Shown one piece after another: positions 61,415-64,000 of a stretch of 64,000 nt of DNA (the stretch's first letter is position 1; every line of letters starts with the position of its first letter). Position numbers and translations under genes: made by a program. The notes under the pieces were generated by a model. It did not search any database. It had not been told where the DNA came from and saw nothing but the letters and a program-made list of their open reading frames with translations. Source of the stretch: a virus (lineage: Duplodnaviria; Caudoviricetes); the IMG/VR virus record IMGVR_UViG_3300010429_001883, positions 1 through 64,000 of that record. One strand, given 5' to 3'.

Positions 61415-62608
61415 ATGCCGACGGCTCATACAGCCATACGATTAGTTGGAAAATCCGGTTACTCCGGCTATTCGGGGGTTTCCGGGTATAGTGGGTATTC
61501 CGGAATTTCAGGCTATTCCGGTTACTCGGGGATTTCTGGATATTCCGGCTATTCGGGGGTTTCCGGTTATTCTGGATACTCCGGGATATCTGGGTATTCA
61601 GGAACTTCCGGAATTTCTGGCTATTCTGGAATATCAGGCTATTCTGGATACTCAGGATATTCAGGTCAAGATGGGGTGATTGGTGGGGATGGTGCCTCCG
61701 GCTATTCAGGATATTCGGGATATTCGGGATATTCGGGAATTTCCGGCTACTCCGGAATCTCGGGCTACTCGGGCATTTCCGGATACTCCGGGATATCTGG
61801 TTATAGTGGGATTTCTGGTTACTCAGGAATTTCAGGCTACAGCGGATCTGGAGTGAGTGGTTATTCTGGTAGCGGGATTAGTGGATACAGTGGCTACTCT
61901 GGAATTTCAGGTTATTCAGGTTCGGGAACAAGTGGATATAGTGGTGCTGGAACTTCAGGGTATTCAGGATATAGTGGTGGTGCCGGTGCAGCGTCAATGT
62001 GGGTCACGGTGCCGGGGTCTCCTTCAAGAACAGATGGGGATACTTTTACTATAGCTGACGTTGGTAACGCCGGACTTTATAATTATCTTTTACAGCGTGG
62101 GACTATTTTGAAATGGACGGATACCACAACTCATATGGCTTGTGTAGTGTCAGCTAGTTATGCGGGGGATGTGGTTACTGTAAACATAATGGGGGATACT
62201 CTCGATTCTTCTGCAACTATGAATACAATGCAGTATTTCTGCGGCGAGAAGGCCCGAGTAACTTCTTTTGCTTATGCTGGGACTGTCTATGTTGGAACGA
62301 ATATTATGGGTCAATATAATATGCCCATGCCAGCTAAAATATTTGGTGCTGACGGGTATCATGGAACGGCTGGGTCAAAAAACGCCACAACATATGATAT
62401 AAATAAAAACGGTTCAACTGTTTTTACAGCCAAAGTTTCTATTGCGTCGGGCCAGACTAAGGGAGAGGGCTATACAGCAAACGACAATACAACAGCAGCA
62501 GTAGGAGATTATTTCACCGTTGACTGTGATTCGGTAAGCACCACAAAACCTATTGACGCTTATATCAATTTGCTCTGGTGCCCACTGTATATTCAATATT
62601 TGACATAA
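61415..62608 (+). CDS. Second SG(Y/I)-repeat fibre-like protein
   Basis: About 170 aa of SGX repeats; C-terminal DINKNG.T.F...GD..TVD.D.V domain. Confidence 0.8.
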   Translation: MPTAHTAIRLVGKSGYSGYSGVSGYSGYSGISGYSGYSGISGYSGYSGVSGYSGYSGISGYSGTSGISGYSGISGYSGYSGYSGQDGVIGGDGASGYSGYSGYSGYSGISGYSGISGYSGISGYSGISGYSGISGYSGISGYSGSGVSGYSGSGISGYSGYSGISGYSGSGTSGYSGAGTSGYSGYSGGAGAASMWVTVPGSPSRTDGDTFTIADVGNAGLYNYLLQRGTILKWTDTTTHMACVVSASYAGDVVTVNIMGDTLDSSATMNTMQYFCGEKARVTSFAYAGTVYVGTNIMGQYNMPMPAKIFGADGYHGTAGSKNATTYDINKNGSTVFTAKVSIASGQTKGEGYTANDNTTAAVGDYFTVDCDSVSTTKPIDAYINLLWCPLYIQYLT

Positions 62609-62617
62609 GGTAATTAT

Positions 62618-63382
62618 ATGGCCTATCTTGGTGAGTATCATCTAAATTCAAATACATTGGCCTACTATAAGTTTGATAATAATTTGAATGATAGTAGTGG
62701 GGCTGGACTAACTTTATCAAACAGTGGGGCAGACTATTCTTTTGATAGGTTAAAAATAGGGTCGCATTCGTTGGTAGGGTCTGGAGCATATCTTTTTAGA
62801 AATGATACTTTTCTTTGGAGTATGCACACCAATCACACTTATGGTTTCTGGTTTAGTCCTGTAAAAGTCGATGCTACCAACGATTTGGAATTATTTTATT
62901 CGTCTGACGGGACATATTATAAAGGCGCAATCGCCATGATGATACAATACAGTTCGAAAATAATTGTTTGGCCAAGGATTTATCGATACGATTCTGGTTC
63001 TACTACATGGACAGATTCATCCGGAACACTAAGTTTAGCGGAAGGCAAGTGGTATTTTATTTTGTTACGATATCTTTGGTCGGTAAATTATTATTATTTG
63101 TATTTATATGTTTATCAAAACAAAACCGAAGTCGGTGCCGGGTCTCCCAAGGGACGTTGGGAATGGAACGTGGTTTCTGAGTATGTAAGAGTAGCTTCAT
63201 TCACGGGCAGTAGCACATCCCTAGCGGATTATTTTAGAATATTCCCGGCGTCGTATTCGGACCAATATTATGCTATAGATGAATTATTTATCGAATCCGG
63301 AGCTTGGGGAGCTTCTCCAGTTGATGAGTTTATTCCGTATTGGCAGCAAACTAGAGGAGTTAGAACACCTAGGTGTTCATAA
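62618..63382 (+). CDS. LamG/concanavalin-A-like domain protein
   Basis: LAYYKFDNNLNDSSG...GKWYFI...IDEL.I. Confidence 0.75.
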   Translation: MAYLGEYHLNSNTLAYYKFDNNLNDSSGAGLTLSNSGADYSFDRLKIGSHSLVGSGAYLFRNDTFLWSMHTNHTYGFWFSPVKVDATNDLELFYSSDGTYYKGAIAMMIQYSSKIIVWPRIYRYDSGSTTWTDSSGTLSLAEGKWYFILLRYLWSVNYYYLYLYVYQNKTEVGAGSPKGRWEWNVVSEYVRVASFTGSSTSLADYFRIFPASYSDQYYAIDELFIESGAWGASPVDEFIPYWQQTRGVRTPRCS

Positions 63383-63397
63383 ATATAGGAGGACGGT

Positions 63398-63661
63398 ATG
63401 TCAACACTAAATCAAATTTACGATTTTATTCGTAATACTAGAACTCAGACCAATGCTTTGATTGATGCAATTGAAGAATTGGATGCTCTTAAAGCGGAGT
63501 GGGATGCCGTGGATATGGGGAATCAGTTAGATGCCGAGCATTTTATTAGCAACGACACCGGTTTAGCTCCGGCCGATATTACCGCCGTGTTCACAACCCT
63601 TGCTGCTATAAAAGCACTGCTGGCGGAAGGCCATGCAACTAATTTGTATAAAGTGAAATAA
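63398..63661 (+). CDS. Hypothetical helical protein
   Basis: AGGAGG RBS. Confidence 0.75.
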   Translation: MSTLNQIYDFIRNTRTQTNALIDAIEELDALKAEWDAVDMGNQLDAEHFISNDTGLAPADITAVFTTLAAIKALLAEGHATNLYKVK

Positions 63662-63685
63662 TCATATAAAATTTTCAGAAATTTG

Positions 63686-63714
63686 TTGCCCTTTTTAAGT
63701 TTTTATGCTATAGT
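63686..63714 (+). promoter_or_regulatory. Sigma-70-like promoter
   Basis: TTGCCC-17-TATAGT with an extended -10 TG. Confidence 0.6.
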
Positions 63715-63745
63715 TTTAATGAATACTTAAAGAGGGTTATTTTAT

Positions 63746-64000
63746 ATGTACTCAATCATAATTCCAACATACAACCACCTTGAAGATTGTCTTAAACCGT
63801 GTATAGAAAGTTTAAAGAAGTATACGGAGTTATCTAGACAAGACATAGAACTAATCGTAGTTGCTAATGGGTGCGTTGATGGCACAAAAGAGTATTTAGC
63901 TGCCGAAAAACAAATTGATAAAATTATTTGGGTAGACGAAGCCTGTGGATTTCCAATAGCTGTTAATAAAGGTATAGAAGCTGCTAAAGGAAAATACATT
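63746..64000 (+). CDS. GT2 glycosyltransferase, N-terminal part (runs off the window)
   Basis: Not in the ORF track. MYSIIIPTYNH...IVVANGCVDGT..YL...GF..AVN.G...AKGKYI. Confidence 0.88.
   Translation, partial: MYSIIIPTYNHLEDCLKPCIESLKKYTELSRQDIELIVVANGCVDGTKEYLAAEKQIDKIIWVDEACGFPIAVNKGIEAAKGKYI

Noticed and set aside
58525-62054. Alternate-frame ORFs within the SGX repeats
   Set aside because: Artefacts of the 9-nt periodicity.
63742-63999. Track ORF on the minus strand
   Set aside because: It is the antisense of a plus-strand GT2 that starts at 63746 with its own promoter.
1-64000. Stop-codon reassignment, reverse transcriptase/DGR, integrase or transposase
   Set aside because: Recognisable genes are full length in code 11 and end at TAA, TAG and TGA. 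No suppressor tRNA and no RT or recombinase motifs were seen.

Overview
This window reads as part of a large tailed-phage-like genome rather than a bacterial chromosome: dense small ORFs, CCA-encoding tRNAs, no core housekeeping genes, and standard code 11 works throughout. The host cannot be identified from the sequence. Layout: (1) 1-13.5 kb, minus strand: six tRNAs, a Pol-beta-family nucleotidyltransferase, GMP reductase, an ACP-like protein, a Ro60/TROVE protein followed by two Y-RNA-like elements, and a phosphoesterase-ligase fusion. (2) 13.5-35.4 kb, minus strand and partly GC-rich: two divergent ~1100-aa candidate double-psi-beta-barrel (YonO/cellular-RdRP-like) RNA polymerases, a SNF2 helicase, a SLOG protein and several highly structured non-coding tracts. 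(3) A hairpin-rich strand switch at 35.4-36.2 kb. (4) 36.2-39.9 kb, plus strand: small genes, nucleotide-salvage enzymes and a degenerate Dam-like protein. (5) 39.9-55.4 kb, minus strand: a CDP-deoxy/branched sugar pathway (rfbF, rfbG, rfbH, NeuB-like, TPP enzyme, two radical SAM enzymes) plus glycosyltransferases and envelope proteins. (6) 55.6-64 kb, plus strand: Ser-Gly-X repeat fibre-like proteins, a LamG-like protein and another glycosyltransferase. The strongest candidate for a new system is a two-polymerase transcription cascade: I found ten copies of a 16-bp motif (minus strand TTWTTCTCTTTTYWTG), all between the two polymerase genes, several of them heading structured non-coding RNAs. 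A second candidate is a tRNA/RNA-repair module built around Ro60, the Y-like RNAs and tRNA mimics. All functional calls come from motif recognition by eye; no database searches were run.
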